Positions 43,047 to 61,112 of a DNA stretch of 64,000 nt are shown here, piece after piece; the stretch's first letter is position 1, and each line of letters starts with the position of its first letter. The DNA comes from Adineta vaga (lineage: Eukaryota > Animalia > Rotifera). Position numbers and translations under genes: made by a program. A model generated the notes under the pieces. The model had not been told where the DNA came from, searched no databases, and saw only the letters and a program-made list of their open reading frames with translations. Where the stretch lies: assembly GCA_021613535.1 (NCBI GenBank), contig CP075492.1, forward strand, positions 7,874,001 through 7,938,000. Reading direction: 5' to 3'.

Positions 43047-46000
43047 TTAAACAGTTGCTTCTTCACTTATATGAATACCAGCTGTTTGTGGTGTATAGAT
43101 CTGTCGTTGGCTTGATGATAGACGATGCCAAATATGTGACTAAAATGTATCAATAAAAGAAGATCTGTTACGCATGTATTTCTTAATACTTACTGGATAG
43201 GATTTTTCACGAAGTTGTTGTCGATAAGCTAAACATATTGAAAAGGAAATGAAATTTTTCAGGATAAAGACGGACTATTTACCATCTTGATCATCGCTAT
43301 CATATGGCACACGAGTGGTTTCAACAGAAGACATACTATCCTGAAAAAAAAACATCAATGATTTCATTTTTTAATATACGGACAAAAAACTATTCTTCTT
43401 ACTAATCCTTCATCCGATTCATCACCATAATAAACCTGAGATGGAAGTGAAGCATATGGTTGAATGGTTGAACTACTCATATCAGCACTTGTATTCAAAC
43501 TATCATCACTTGGTCCATTGGCTTGTCTAAATCAAAATCTCTTCAATCGTTCATCATCATTCAAATCATTCTTTACTTACCGATTTGTCAAATTATTTTC
43601 CCGTGTTGAATCTCGACTAAAATAACAATATTCTTATTTTGCCAAAAAACAAATTCAATTTTATTTCGACTTACTTAGGTAGAGAATTTGCAACCGATAA
43701 ACGAGGATGTAAATCGACACTATCCATAGATTTTCCTAATCGAATTAATTTCTTACTAGCTTTCGTTTTCTTTTCATTTGATTTCAATGATTGACGAGGA
43801 CTATCTGATATACTGCTACTTCGACTAAAGATCTTTTTCATTGAAGATAAGTAACGTTTTCGTGCAGAAGTTGATAACAATGATAAACGATGATGACCAA
43901 CACGTTTTTGTTCATCACATAGAATTTCATAAGATTTTTCTGATAGATTTTCACATAAAGTTTTCAAATAAGAACAACGAGTACGTTTTTGTAACAAAGC
44001 AAATGTTCGACAACGATATGCAGCATATTCAGCATTGATTAATTTCGAAAGAATAAATGGTTTTAATTGTTCAGCAGTACGAACATAAACGACATTTTTA
44101 TGAAGATATGGAGGAAATTCTTCGATATCATCACGAGCAATAAGCATCATCTAAACAATTTAAATATAGATAGAATCATATGGGAATATCTTCTCAATAA
44201 TCGCATCTGTAAGCGATAAAACTACTGATCCTATTTCCTATTTGAATCGTACCTCGACAAGTCCGTTCGTTTATATTCTACCACCTAGTTGAAGTGCTTT
44301 GGCCTTGTTTCATCTAAGCACTTAGTCGAGAGAAAACAACAAATCAAGGTTTATCAAGTCTACGGTCATTTTCTATATCCTGAACTAACGAGCGCATAAG
44401 GCCAATAATAATATAAACAAAACATATATCAATCTTTCAAACGAAGTTATTAAATTTAATACCATTGCATAAGAGAAAAAGAAAGAAACGATCAATTTCA
44501 GTCCAAGTCATTCTACTTATCATATCAATACAAATGTCAATCTAATGGATTCATTTTCATCCAAGGTTCGTTCCATGTCAACATTGATTTTACGCGTCTG
44601 AATAAACACAATCAACAAGCTATGATTAAACAACTTACTTTATAACATGTTCGAGACAGTATTTGAACAGGTTGAATAACAAGAAATACATGAAGAAAAT
44701 TTGATTTGATCATACTGGGATGAAATGGTGTGTTTTCTTCTTGAAAAACAATAGTCACAATATCATTTCCAATATGACGTTTACGTTGAATTTGTGTAAT
44801 ATCATTTGGTGTAAATGGTAATAATGTACTAACATGAAACATAATTTCTTTATCATCATAACATTCATAATACGATATTGGAGAATCTGTATCTTCACTC
44901 ACATCTAAACCACCTCGATATCTAAATGAATTACATTAGGATTGAAACCGAAAAACAAACGATAGATAAATACCCTTGAAAGTTTTTCAATGATACTCTC
45001 GTTGCAATGATATCAAGAAATTCATCGAATGTTCGACTGTGTCTTTCATTATTAAAAAGTTCTTCTTCTGTTATCTAAAAAGAAAAGAAGATCTAAATCA
45101 TTCATGAAATGATACAATTAAAATTTTACTTGTCCTCTTCGTTGATAAATAATTCCAAATTTAAATTTTTGTGTTTCTAATTTCTCATCATACTCTTTAA
45201 CATATTGTTGTGCTTTTAAACTTGCACAACTTTCAAAATGATCGATATGTAAATCAGGATAGAGTTCTTGAGCAAGTGTTATATAATTTGTGACATTACT
45301 TCCATCATCTAAGCATAGCATCGATTTTGAACCATCTTTTGTACGTACAATAACAGTTAATTCATCATTCTGAGGTTTAATCGACATAACTACTGGATCG
45401 AATTCGTCATCAATTGCATAGATATCATAATGATACTGAAAAATCAAGTTGAAAGGAAAATATTAAACAATGAATGACAGAAATTTACTTGATCATAGAA
45501 ATAATTTGTATAGATTGAAGCAATATTTTCTGAAGTAGTTTGACAATCGCTTGGAAGAATTTTTGTTTTAAAAATCCATTGGGATGGTTCATCATAACCA
45601 CCTTCAATACGATAACGATCTTTTTCATGTAACATATCATCCGATGGTAAACAATAAATCATTGGGAAAACTCCACTCGGTGATGAAATTAACATCTAAT
45701 GAAAATATCGGTGAACAGAAAACGAATAAAATTCAAACTTACATCGTTGATATAATATTGAACTGTTTGTTGAATTTGATCAGTGTGACGAGTTGATGAT
45801 TCACTATTATCATAGTCTAATGTTGAATAATTTGAACGAGTAGATATTCGTCCAGTAAATGAATCCTTGAAAAATAAAAGTTATTGAATTAATTCTTTTC
45901 AAGGATATTCTTTAGAAAACAACGAGACTATGCAGATTTGGATGTCTGGAAAGGCCAAGGTGTTTTAAATATCAAGTCTTTCTTTCTTTCTTTCTTTCTT

Positions 46001-47089
46001 TCTCTCTCTTTCTTTCCAATTATTTATCTGAGACAAATACTAGGAACTATATGTCAATCTTCAAAAGAATTAATATGCCATCTTGTACTCAATTGATTAA
46101 AACTAAGGTTCATCATACTTCTCTAGTTGGTAATGACATTTGGCTATTATGTAAAGTTGAATGTTTTAATGATGATCGATTCGGTTTATCAATGTGAACA
46201 CTTTGTCGATTTGTTTGTGGATTCATTGAATGTCGCATTCGAAGTGGAACATTATTCAATGCTGGTAAACTAGTATGACTTCGACGTAGTTCCATTGGAA
46301 AATCAAGTGAATAACTTCGTGCAAGTTGTTGTTGACAATTTATTTCTTCAATATTGCCTATAGATCTTAAATATACAGTAAATCTTATAATTTTTATACA
46401 TAACCGATATTGAATGGGTATAATTTATGAATACAAATATGGAAGGCAAAGAAGAGTAGAAGAGCGTGGGAAAGAAAGCGAGGGATAGAGAGAAAGAGAG
46501 AAAGAGAAAGTAAAAGAGAAAAAAAGACGCTCTGCTAGTGGTAAAGAAAAAAACATACTTTGGAAGATTGAGTGACATATTCGAACTAAAATACGAGGAA
46601 AAAAATCAATAATATTGAAACAAAAAAGAAATGTATTCACATACATAGTTGCAATATTGTATGGTCGATGTTCGGAATTAAAATAATATTGTCCATCACG
46701 TTGATGACATGAGAAGAGTGTGTCAGCACAAATATGTTCTCCACGATAATCACGACTGGAACAAAAAAAAGGACGAAGAGAGAAAAAAAGACGAGAATAT
46801 ATCGAATAAGAAAGAATTTTTTTACTTACCGATTTAAATAATCATTATTATATAATTGTCCACTTGTCGTCAGATGGGCATTTGTTAACGATTCAGATCT
46901 TTCAAGGAAAGAACTGTCATGTTGAGTAATCGTTGTATCATTGTCAGTGAAATTTTGTTGATATAATTCAGTATTTAGTCTTTTGATTTTTATAGATTCA
47001 CTTATGTTGTTATTTGTTATTGCTGGTAAGCCGTTCTCTTCCTCACTCCAGCCATTAAAAATGTCATAAATTTTCGCACACCATGCCAT
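43047..47089 (-). CDS. RAP1GAP: Rap/Ran-GAP domain protein (Rap1GAP family), multi-exon
   Basis: [43 protein letters not shown] (Asn thumb) and [11 protein letters not shown]. The 5' exons are less certain. Confidence 0.85.
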
Positions 47090-49565
47090 ATTGAAAGAAA
47101 AACGAAAAACGAAAAAGAAGTTATTCACATCTAGAAAAAACAAAAAAGAAAGAATTGAGACATTTTGTAACAGCAGGGGTAACTCGTACATTCGAGCAAG
47201 GTCGTACAACTCTAATATAACTACCACATAAACCATCATTTTTCTCTCTTCTCTTTTTTCACTACTACCCTTTATTTCTTGTTAAAAAAAAGTGAAGCAT
47301 CGAATGACGAGGTTTGACTAGTGCGTTTTTCTATCTAATAAAAAAAGAAACAAAGAAAAGAAAAAGTAATTGTTCGCATCTATAAGTACTTTTTATATAT
47401 AGTTGAATGATCAATTCTTTTCAAATTTATTTGATAGATTAATGTAAACAAATAAACATCGAATCTTTTCTATTTCTCTCAACAAAACATGACAACACTT
47501 TTATTCATTTCTTTTTTTGTACGATGATATTTACCCGATTAAATACATACATGTTCAATATAAACATATCATTCATGTTAAAAAAAGATCAAGTTAACAA
47601 TAGAACAGAGAGAAAGAGAATATGTTCAACACATTTTTGTTAGATGAGACTGTGTAAATGAATAAAACAGCAGGTAAATGAAACCTTCAAGAAAATATAT
47701 GTATACATATGTTATTAATAGAAGAAAAAAACCTACGATGACAACCTTTGATTCAACTGATCATATGATGACTATAAAATATATTGTACATTCGTTAGTA
47801 AAACTATTATTCTCAACGAAACATTTTATGACTCGTTTACCCTTTCAAAATAGATTTTGATCGTACTTCTCTTTTCTATTCATCTCCGATCCGATTCTCT
47901 TCCATTGAACATAGGAAAGTGGCTTATATAAGATGGCAATCGAAATTTAATATTAATTTGTACTTACACTACTATTAATATATGAACAAACTGTTCTTCT
48001 ATCCATTACCATGTGACATTTACGTTGATGATTTGCAATATATCAAATCAATTTGCAACTCACTAATCTATGTGTAGAAAGTATTGTACTCATTGTCTCG
48101 ATTGATGGATGAGAAGACTGTCCAATTCGAGATAATTATATAATCATTGTTCATTGATAGAAAGGCAAATGGGGGGAATGATGAAGAGAATGAGAGAGAG
48201 AGGAATACATATAACTGACCTGTACGTCGTGCAATTGATTTCTGTGACGAGAAAAAAACGGAAACAAGTTGTCGCAAACGAACAAGAAGAAGAAGAAGAA
48301 GAACAAGAATAAGAAAAAAGGAAAAAAAAGAAGAATTAGGTCAGTCAACATATAAGAAAAGAAGAATAAAAAATAAAATACGATGAAGATTTCTCTCGCT
48401 TTTTCTTCTCTCTCTCTCGCTCTTCATTAAAGCTGTAGATCAAGGTTAACAAACTTTTCATTATTTTGTGGTTTTTTAATATCTTGTAACGGTGATCTTC
48501 AGAGTTCTAGAGTAAATGTTATTTTTGTAATACGAATATACGACATTTTTCTGTCAAGAACTTCTTACTTCGGTATTTTTGTGTACACTTACTTCTGTTC
48601 TATTTACATCGTATATACAAAAAAGCAACGCATGACATTGATTGGATTTTACGTCGACGAACACAGAAGAAAAAGTGCAATCAAATAGACCATTTTTTTT
48701 CTTCAGTTGATTTCATTCCTGAATAATAGGTGTATTTCCTTTTTTGTGATTTGTTGACCAGTAATTAATGCTATTGATAGAAATCAAAGCTGACATTTAT
48801 CTTGCTAGACTATGATTACGTAAAGAGATTTCCGAAAAGTATGAATGAATAAATGAATGAGTGGTCATTGATAGGATCAATATATTCTTTCATTCTCACC
48901 TTTACTTTATCAAAAGACGTAGACATAGACGAACGATTGAATACGATAATTGACCTGTTGGATAGGCGATGATGAATGAAAACAAAAATATTACATCGTT
49001 CGACGAGACATTTTTTCGATGATGTTGTGAGAAACATCGAGAAGAAGAGTAGAAAAGAAGTAAAGTTTGAATAAGATTATATGGAATAGTAAGAGGAGCA
49101 CAACAATGTGTAATTTAACGATAATGAGAGAAAGAAATGCTATTGTTTTTCTTCCAAACTTCAAGTAAGTGAAGTGAACAACATGCTGTGTAAATATACT
49201 CGACAGATGAAATGAATTCTTACTTTAATTTTTTTTTCACGTTCTCCTGTAAATTTGAAGAGAACAAATGATTTTTAATGAATAATATCATGTTTGTATT
49301 TTTCTTCTTTAAATATCCACGAAAAAAACACAACGTTCATGACAATCACAAAAACAACAACAACAACAACGACAACGAAGACGACAAAAAGAAACTGCAC
49401 AACTAACTTCAATAATAAGAATGTTTTCTTATCAGAACTTTAAATGAATGTTCGGAGAACAAAAAAGAAAAATAAAATGAATAAAATAAAAGATTATGCA
49501 TAAGAATAAAATGACAAAAATAGAAATAGAACGAATTTCATAGAGAATATAATCATTTTTGTTCT

Positions 49566-52500
49566 TTAGACTCGTTGAATTTCAAATAACTTCACATCTG
49601 TATCATACCATATAGGTGGATCAACATTCCTAAATTGAGAGAAAAGAAAATATCTTAAGTCACAATCACCGACTAGTCGGCATTTACCTGAGATAAATAA
49701 CACCCCACATATATGTACGAAACCACATAACTGTACCCGAATTTGGTTGATATTTTCGAATTAAAATTGGATGTGGAACTGGTAGAAGACCAACTAATGT
49801 ACCATGTTGAAGAAATTTAATGATTTCACTTTCATCGGTTAGACCACGATCCATACAAATTTTTTCGACTTGAGGTACAAGAACTTGAAGAAGACGTGTA
49901 ATTGTTTGTAATGGTAATTTGCTCTTCCATGATTGTACCCATTGAGATGTTGGCGACCAGATACCACTATCGGATAGCTGACTTGTGTTTGAAATAGTAC
50001 CACCATGTTGAGACGTAGGTGAAGACGACTAAATAAATAGAAGATGTAAAGGTTGAAGTAAAATTCAATATACTTGAGTGAGATTTGCTGAGGTTTCATT
50101 GTCACCATCTGATCGCACACGTTGATGGTCATCCATATTGGGTGAAGCAGCCAAAGTACGTTCAGTCATCTTATGAATAGCTATACAAAAATAATAAAAA
50201 ATAAAATTTATTGATTTCATGAAAGAGAAAAGAATTTATGTGATCGATTGGCAGAGAATAAAACGTGATAAAAAGCATTGTTTTAAATATCTAAGTGTCG
50301 TTCGATTAGTGTATTCATCGTCAATAGTTAGCTGTTACGAAAAATATATGCAATATTCCATATCCATAGTATTAAAACTTTGCGCGCTATATATTTACTC
50401 TTTGAATGTTTCTTCCAATATGTTTCTTTAGTGAACAATAGAATTCTTCGTTCATCTTTCGTATTGATTCCACATATGGCATCTATTTTTGATAGAAACT
50501 TCACTGGAGTACGAGATTGAATTTCATCTTTTTGTATAACAATCGTTTCCCATTCCTTGAAATTCTATTCTACATATCTGAACTATCTTTAGTATTCTTG
50601 AAGAAAGAAGAAAAACAACACTTTCTTCATCTGATCCTTTGCAAAACGAAGTTCTCAATCGCTTCATTAAAATCCTTATTCTTACATGGTGTTTCAGCTA
50701 ATGTTGTAATCATTGCATTGTTGATTCCTCCAGCTGTCTTGATTTGTTCCTTTTGTAAAAGTGATCCTTCTTCTATGTTTGATTTTGAATTATTTTGAAA
50801 AATATTTTGTTTATTGTCAGATTTATCTGGACTTGATTTTGTTGAAGAAATTGAAATCGATGGTTTTGTACTTAATTTTGATATAGTTTGCGTATCAGTT
50901 GCTAAATTACTCAATGCAAAAAAGACTTGCCGCTTACGAATAATTGAATAAACCAAACTAGCATTGCCTAAAGTAATCAACAGATATTTTTCGATTTTTC
51001 TTTTCGTTCGAAAAATCTTACCATCAAATTGATATTGAATAATGTTATTAAATGCTTCAAGAAGAAAAAAAACTAAATGATGATTATCTGAAGCGGCGAA
51101 AAGAAACCATGGAGAACTGAATGCCTAAAATTGTCATTCATTCAGATATTTACAGATGAAAATTACCATAGAATATCTTTTTTTTACCTCGAGTAGATGA
51201 ATTAATTTATTACTTGATACCATAGATAATGTTTTTAAATAGGGTGAAATATTGACTATAATAGTTAATAAACAATCATATAATGGTTGTAAACGTTGAT
51301 GTGCTGAGACAATGATTTTATGGAAAACCTAAAACTAGAAATTAGATCTTTTGGATTGAAAATAAGTTTCATACAATAATCAGTAGATCTGCATGAGTTC
51401 CAGTAAATACGGGAATATCCATAGGCACTCGAGTTACGTAAGGTTTATTCAATCGAACACCGAAATTTCTTTCACCGCTAAGTAATAATAAGATGAAAAC
51501 GCCAATATGCATCAAACCCGTTTTTGCTAAAAATATTTCAAAAGGATTTACTAATAAAAGAACAAGCAAGGTTTGGTAAAGATAGTTACATGTATCCGAA
51601 CGAGCATCATTAAGAAAATAAAGAATTGGAACGAGAACATCAAGTACTTCACTGGATTTTAATACATAATATAAGAATTTCTATTCAATTCGAGAAGATA
51701 GAGAAAGCTAAGATAAGAGTAGTGAACTTTGAAAATCTAACCTTATTTCGATCGCAAAATTTCCAAAATAAAATCAATAATTCTTGATAGAATCCAATTT
51801 TCTTACATGAGCCTGGTAGATATGTTTGAATCAATGGATTATTCAATAATCGACAAAATCCTCTCAATAAAACATTGAAATCCTAAAAGAAAAAAAATCC
51901 ACAATTTTGAAATAATCGAAGGAAAAAACAATTTCTTACATCATCTCGATGAATACGTGATAGATAATTAACAAATAGATTTGGACAATCATCGCCTGTT
52001 ACCATTTGATTGATTGTTGATGATGAAACTTGATCAGTTAACATAGATGAATTATGATCAAGAGTTATACATAATAATTGTGCAGCAACTTCGACTAGAG
52101 GTTCACGTGTATCAGTAAATAGAAGATAATTATATGGTAAATAACCAACAGGATCATAAGAAAATACAATATTTATCAATGAAGTAAATAACGGTAATGT
52201 TTGACTAGAGAAAAGAGAAATAAAATAGTTAGTTTCTTCCGGAAAGATGAGATAATTTAGTTTACCGATTGTGACCGGATGTAAAATAAGTTAACCATTT
52301 ATTGGAATGAGAATGTAGTTCAGCTAAAAAGAATCAAAACATACTATGATATCGATAGTCAATCAACAGTTTCTGTTTTTATTTGACTAACCTTTTTCAC
52401 ATCGATAGACAAAAATTACATTTCTTCTCAACAACTATCGTCAAATGGAGATTTTCTACGAATTACGTACCTGATGGATTCATATAGATCGTTTCCGAAA

Positions 52501-53420
52501 AACAAACAAGTAACAATTTCAGAATTTCTGTACGATTTCGATCATTGCTTGGTGTATGTACAGGTGATTGAGAAAAGCCAACACCAGCTTCCCAAATATA
52601 TTCACAACTATCAATTGTATTTATATCTTCTGGATTATCCTAATAAAAGAGTATTGAACAAGATTATCTTCTTCTATTCATTCAAATTAACATACAGGTC
52701 CTTTTTTCTTCTTTGAAGAAACCGTAAAATCCGGACAAAATAAAAGATCCTTTGAAAATACAACAACAACAACAACAATGAATCAATCAAACATATTAAA
52801 ATCAAGATTTTACTGCTAAAGTTCGAAGAAGACGTTCCGCCAGCGGTGGCTTATTAACATATTCCTACAAATAACAATAGAATATTATCTCTACGTACAT
52901 ACAAAGAAATCTTACCCCATTTGATGTAGTTTGTTGTTGACCAGTAGGTATATCAGACCAAAAGAAACCTCGCCATTCCGGTTCTTCAAATATATATGGT
53001 AATAAACGAGTCAGTAATCGAACACAATTGATGGCTAGAGGAACAAAAGAAAAGAGAATGAAAACTTTCCAACTTCTTTATTTACCAGCTGTTTGATCTC
53101 GTTGTGTTTGGCAGGAATTATCTGCTGCTATTTGTAAACGATCAACAAGTTTATTACATAATATTGCTAAATTTGATGGTAATTCTTCTCGTAATGCTCG
53201 AATTTCTGCTGCCGGTACTAAGGCAAAAATATCTTGAACACTAGAAATTCTATCCGACCAAAATTGATCCCAAAATGATTCATCATTGGATTCGATTTGC
53301 TAGAGTTTTGAAATAAATATCGAATTTGATTTTTACTCAATAATTATTAATTACCTGACTACGTGAAGTTAATTGAACGACAGCAACACGAAAATCAATT
53401 TTTGAATCGGTATTACCCAT
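49566..53420 (-). CDS. HID1: HID1 domain-containing protein (Golgi/dense-core vesicle), multi-exon
   Basis: N-terminus MGNTDSKIDFRVAVVQLT, then FWDQFW; LLLSGERNFGVRLNKPY; C-terminus VDPPIWYDTDVKLFEIQRV*. Confidence 0.93.
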
Positions 53421-54363
53421 ATTAAGATAGTCGAGATCTTGTGCTGTATTCTATCACGGAAGACAAGGTAAAAATAAAAGAGACGAGAAAGAAAACAAGT
53501 TTCTTATTGGTGGGTTTCCTGAAGCAATCATATAAATATGTCAAAGAATCTCGCTGACGATGATGACGATGATGACGAACAAGTCAAGTAGGCGTTTTTA
53601 TTTGACAATGACTAACGTAGTGAAGTGTGACAGTTATCTTTCGACGTGTGAAAATGATTGATAGATGATTTTTATTCAATTTGTACTGATAAATATTGAT
53701 CCTTACTAATTATTAACCTAGGAAAGATTAATAAACTGTTATGATCCAATAGATATTGATCAGCATCATAGCATAGCAAAGAGAACTTTCTCTTTTTAAT
53801 GAATGTATGATACATGGTAGATTTCTTTCATATATTGAATGAAGAGATTGAATATATTTCAAATAGGTAGACCAGCTTATTAAGCAAAATCTTAATTCTA
53901 AATCGTAATGATATGTATTAGGATTAGGATAAATCAAATCTATTAATGGGTTTATGTATACAGTTCACTAATGGACTTTTCTTTCTCATAGTATAATTTT
54001 CACGAAGAAAAACCAATCTTTGTAATCATCATAGACCTCTTGTGAAACCTCAAACTGAAGTTTTGCAGAGATGACATGACGTCTCCACTAAAAAAATGTA
54101 TGAATTTATAAAGTGATCTTTGAATCTAAAAATAATATATATTTCATTCTGGAACTTTTCATGAAAAACCGAATTATTAGAACATGTTTTTATATTTCAA
54201 TTCGAAAAGAACCTTCTGATCATACCGCGCCATCTTTAGTTGACAAGTTCATACTCATTCTTTTTCAACAGCCAATGAAGAATTTCTCCTTTTTTTTATT
54301 CATAGTGTGAGGTTGTCCGTTCTGTTTGTTCGTTTGTCCTTGTACATTAACACAGAAAAGATC

Positions 54364-55018
54364 ATGATGAATTTGATCACGATTTCTATGTTTTTGATTT
54401 TAACTTTTCTCTCAGGTAAATTCTAAATAATATTTTTGCTTTCTATTTCAATTCTATTATTTAGTTACCAAGGCACTTGAATGCTATGTATGTGAACAAC
54501 AAGAAGGAAATGATGACAAATGTATCAAAACTGTTCGTATGTGTCAACGATATGAAGATACATGTGCTACATTAATTCTCTACACAACACCACATGAATG
54601 GTATGAATTTCTTTTGGAATTTGAAAGAAAATTGAAAATGATTTTATTGATATTTAGGACACCACGTGGTGAACGTCGTCATTATATTTCGAAAGGTTGT
54701 GATACAAGAGATGCTTGTACACGTCGTAAGTAGTTGATTTTAAAATGAGAATTTATATTACATTTTTGCCAAATTTAGTTCTTTATGGTTTGGCTACTGT
54801 TTGTACACGTAATTGGTATGAAGATTGGGCATGTGTAGAATGTTGTCAAGGGGATCGATGCAATCGATACGTTGTTGTATGTTCATTTTTAAGAATTTAT
54901 TTATTTCAAAATGTCTTCTATTTATCTTTATTATTTTCTTTAGCTTGGTTCAAATAATACACGTGCATCACTATTACTTCTTATCATTGCAATTATTACG
55001 GCATTGTTCATCCGTTAA
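54364..55018 (+). CDS. Ly6/uPAR (three-finger) GPI-anchored protein, 5 exons
   Basis: Signal peptide, then LECYVCEQQEGNDDKC, ISKGC, WACVECCQGDRCN, and a hydrophobic C-terminal GPI-type tail SLLLLIIAIITALFIR*. Confidence 0.85.
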
Positions 55019-55506
55019 TAAAGATTTTCATCTCATTATGTTTATAATAGCTATTTGTATGCATTCCAACTTATGTGTTTTCATTTTTTTTTCTCTCAAA
55101 CTTATTATTCCAATAATCAAATTTTGTCTCTGTTTTTGATCCTCATTTTTTGTATAGTTTTACAATATTTGTACTCTTGAATAAAGAGATTTTTACTTAG
55201 ATAGAATTCAAATTGTATCTGATATGGTTTTTACTTTTCTTCGTCAACAAGATATTATAGACGGTCTCACACTGAACATATTGTCACATGTATTGTTAAA
55301 AATCGATAATATGATCTTTTGTCGATGAAAATAAAGATACAATACGCTTTAGATTATATCCGCATTGTCATTGGTATATTAAGATCATTCTTTTCTTCAC
55401 AATGACTACGAAAGATAATGCATAATCACATCGAACGCTTTTCATCAGAAGTGATGTTTTGAGTAACTACTATAGAAGTTCAAATTCTTCTGAGTCAGAA
55501 AAGTTC

Positions 55507-55528
55507 AGAGAGAGAGAGAGAGAGAGAG
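55507..55528. repeat. (AG)n microsatellite
   Basis: Perfect AG dinucleotide run upstream of SMEK. Confidence 0.9.
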
Positions 55529-55871
55529 TAGCTTTGTTTCAGTTCTTTTTGATTGACAACGCCATCTATAATATAAAACTCATGTTAATGATTTTTTAAC
55601 TTTTTACATATATAAATTCTTAAAATTTATCTTTAATATTTCATTTATAACAAAATAATTAATTCCAGCGAAGGTCATATACTAAACTTCTATTGGTTCC
55701 TAAGTGTTATTATTATTGTTTGTTCGTTTCGTTCTTTTCCCTTTGCATTGCATTGCTCAACATGACAGTTGCCAGTAATTCTTCTTCTCTTTCTTTGATT
55801 AATCTTTCTATATTGAAACAATAAATCGTTCATTAATTTCATATTTTTCTCTTTTCCTTTTTTTAAAGACA

Positions 55872-59336
<3,465 letters not shown>

Positions 59337-60270
59337 TGATTGAAATGTTTTGTTTTCTTTTTCATTCAACTCAGGTGTCGTTAAGAATACTATACACACA
59401 CACACATAAATATATGTATACATTAAAAAAATATCTGTCCGAGCAAGCATTAGTTTTTGTTTTTGTGCACTGTTCTTTTTTTTCTTTTCTTGTCTTCATT
59501 CGTGTATATTTATGTCTCATCCTCTTATTTTGGTCTCGGATGTGTCAGTTCAGATTGTTGACGTGTTTATGTGTACAGACTATTGAAAAAAAATTCGAGC
59601 GAAAGAGAGAGAAAGAGACTTCAGTCGATATTTTATTGTGTGTAGGTCTTGTCATCTTTATTTTGTCTCTATCTCTATCTTTCTCTCTCATTTTTGTTCG
59701 TACTATCTTTTTCTTTTCTGCGTTAAAACAAATCTTGTATGAATTTTATATAAATAAAGATCATGTCGTTTATGAAACTGATTCTCATTAATCGAGGGTG
59801 TATATACAAAACCAATCGAAGCTTTGTCCTCCATCTCAAACGATTCCAGATATAATCGTTAGTGATGAATCAACATACGATAATTAATTGAAGCAGGCAA
59901 TGAAATAAACAATCAATTTTTTGGAAAAGTTCTACAACACTCTAATGTTGTAATTTTCTGTCATACGTCTCAATGAAATAGACATACCGCTATAAAACAA
60001 TATCGGTTAATCGTATGAGGACAAGATCGTTCAACTATATGATCCTGGTTTTCATTGAGAGATTAGATTAACAAATTGCTAGAGTATTAGTAAATATTGC
60101 ATCGATTTAATGAGTGAATTAGAACGATCGATTAAGCTTCTAGTAACTTTTTTCAATTGATAATTGAAAGCGACAGAACGAATTGAATAAATATTACTTT
60201 GAATCCCTATCGAACTAGAATAAACGGAGAAGTAAAATCGTTCTTCCAATCACAAGTAATATATTCTACC

Positions 60271-60273
<3 letters not shown>

Positions 60274-60306
<33 letters not shown>
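60274..60306. repeat. (TC)n microsatellite
   Basis: Perfect TC dinucleotide run. Confidence 0.9.
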
Positions 60307-60310
<4 letters not shown>

Positions 60311-60671
60311 CTTTCTATACTACATATAATTATTGATATCCCTATCTAAACAGTACCAATTGAAAATTTTTATTTCACTTGATATATATTCATCAATAGA
60401 TTTTTTTAAGTGGCAGTATTTCTCGAGTCCTTCAATCTCGATTTTTCTCTTTTTCTATCGAATCAATATGCAAAACTTACCAATGATTAATACTGCACGA
60501 ATGAATTTCAATCGCATATATATATCCTTAACAATTTACTTTACGAATGTAATATCATCCTGTTGCGTTGTATTTTGCGTAGGCGTTTTTGCAAGGATAG
60601 GTGCACTTTCTTGTGTAGAAAATTTCCTTGCATAACGTGATATGCAAGTACCACTGGGATTGTTCATCTAA

Positions 60672-61112
60672 TTAAATCTTTATTTTATCATTTTCATCAT
60701 CTGTTTGGTCGAAACTTAGATCGTGTAAAGTATTTTGAAGTAAACGACGTTGTTCAGTTAATTCATCTAATTGTTTTGTAATCGAATGAACTGTTTCTTT
60801 ATCTTTTTTCATTGTTATTGAAGGATTTGTTTTAGTACCATAATAAATATTCCACAGTTTCTTTCGTTTATCATTATCTTTCAATTCAATTAAAATATCA
60901 TTTCGTACTCTTTGTTCATTTAAATCATTAACAGCTTGATAAACATTTCTATATTGATGTCGACGAATATGATGTGATTGTCGACGAATATCACCGAATA
61001 GAATTAGACCAAATCCAGTTCCATACCATATGATCACACCGATGATATAAATGATCGCACCTTGAGTATCATAGGAAGCTATTTCATTTGTAGAAGTAAT
61101 GTTTGATGACAT
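60672..61112 (-). CDS. Small single-pass membrane protein of unknown function with C-terminal coiled coil
   Basis: Intronless ORF from MSSNITSTNE. One TM (AIIYIIGVIIWYGTGFGLILF), then a basic and heptad-like tail. Confidence 0.6.
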   Translation of the reverse strand: MSSNITSTNEIASYDTQGAIIYIIGVIIWYGTGFGLILFGDIRRQSHHIRRHQYRNVYQAVNDLNEQRVRNDILIELKDNDKRKKLWNIYYGTKTNPSITMKKDKETVHSITKQLDELTEQRRLLQNTLHDLSFDQTDDENDKIKI

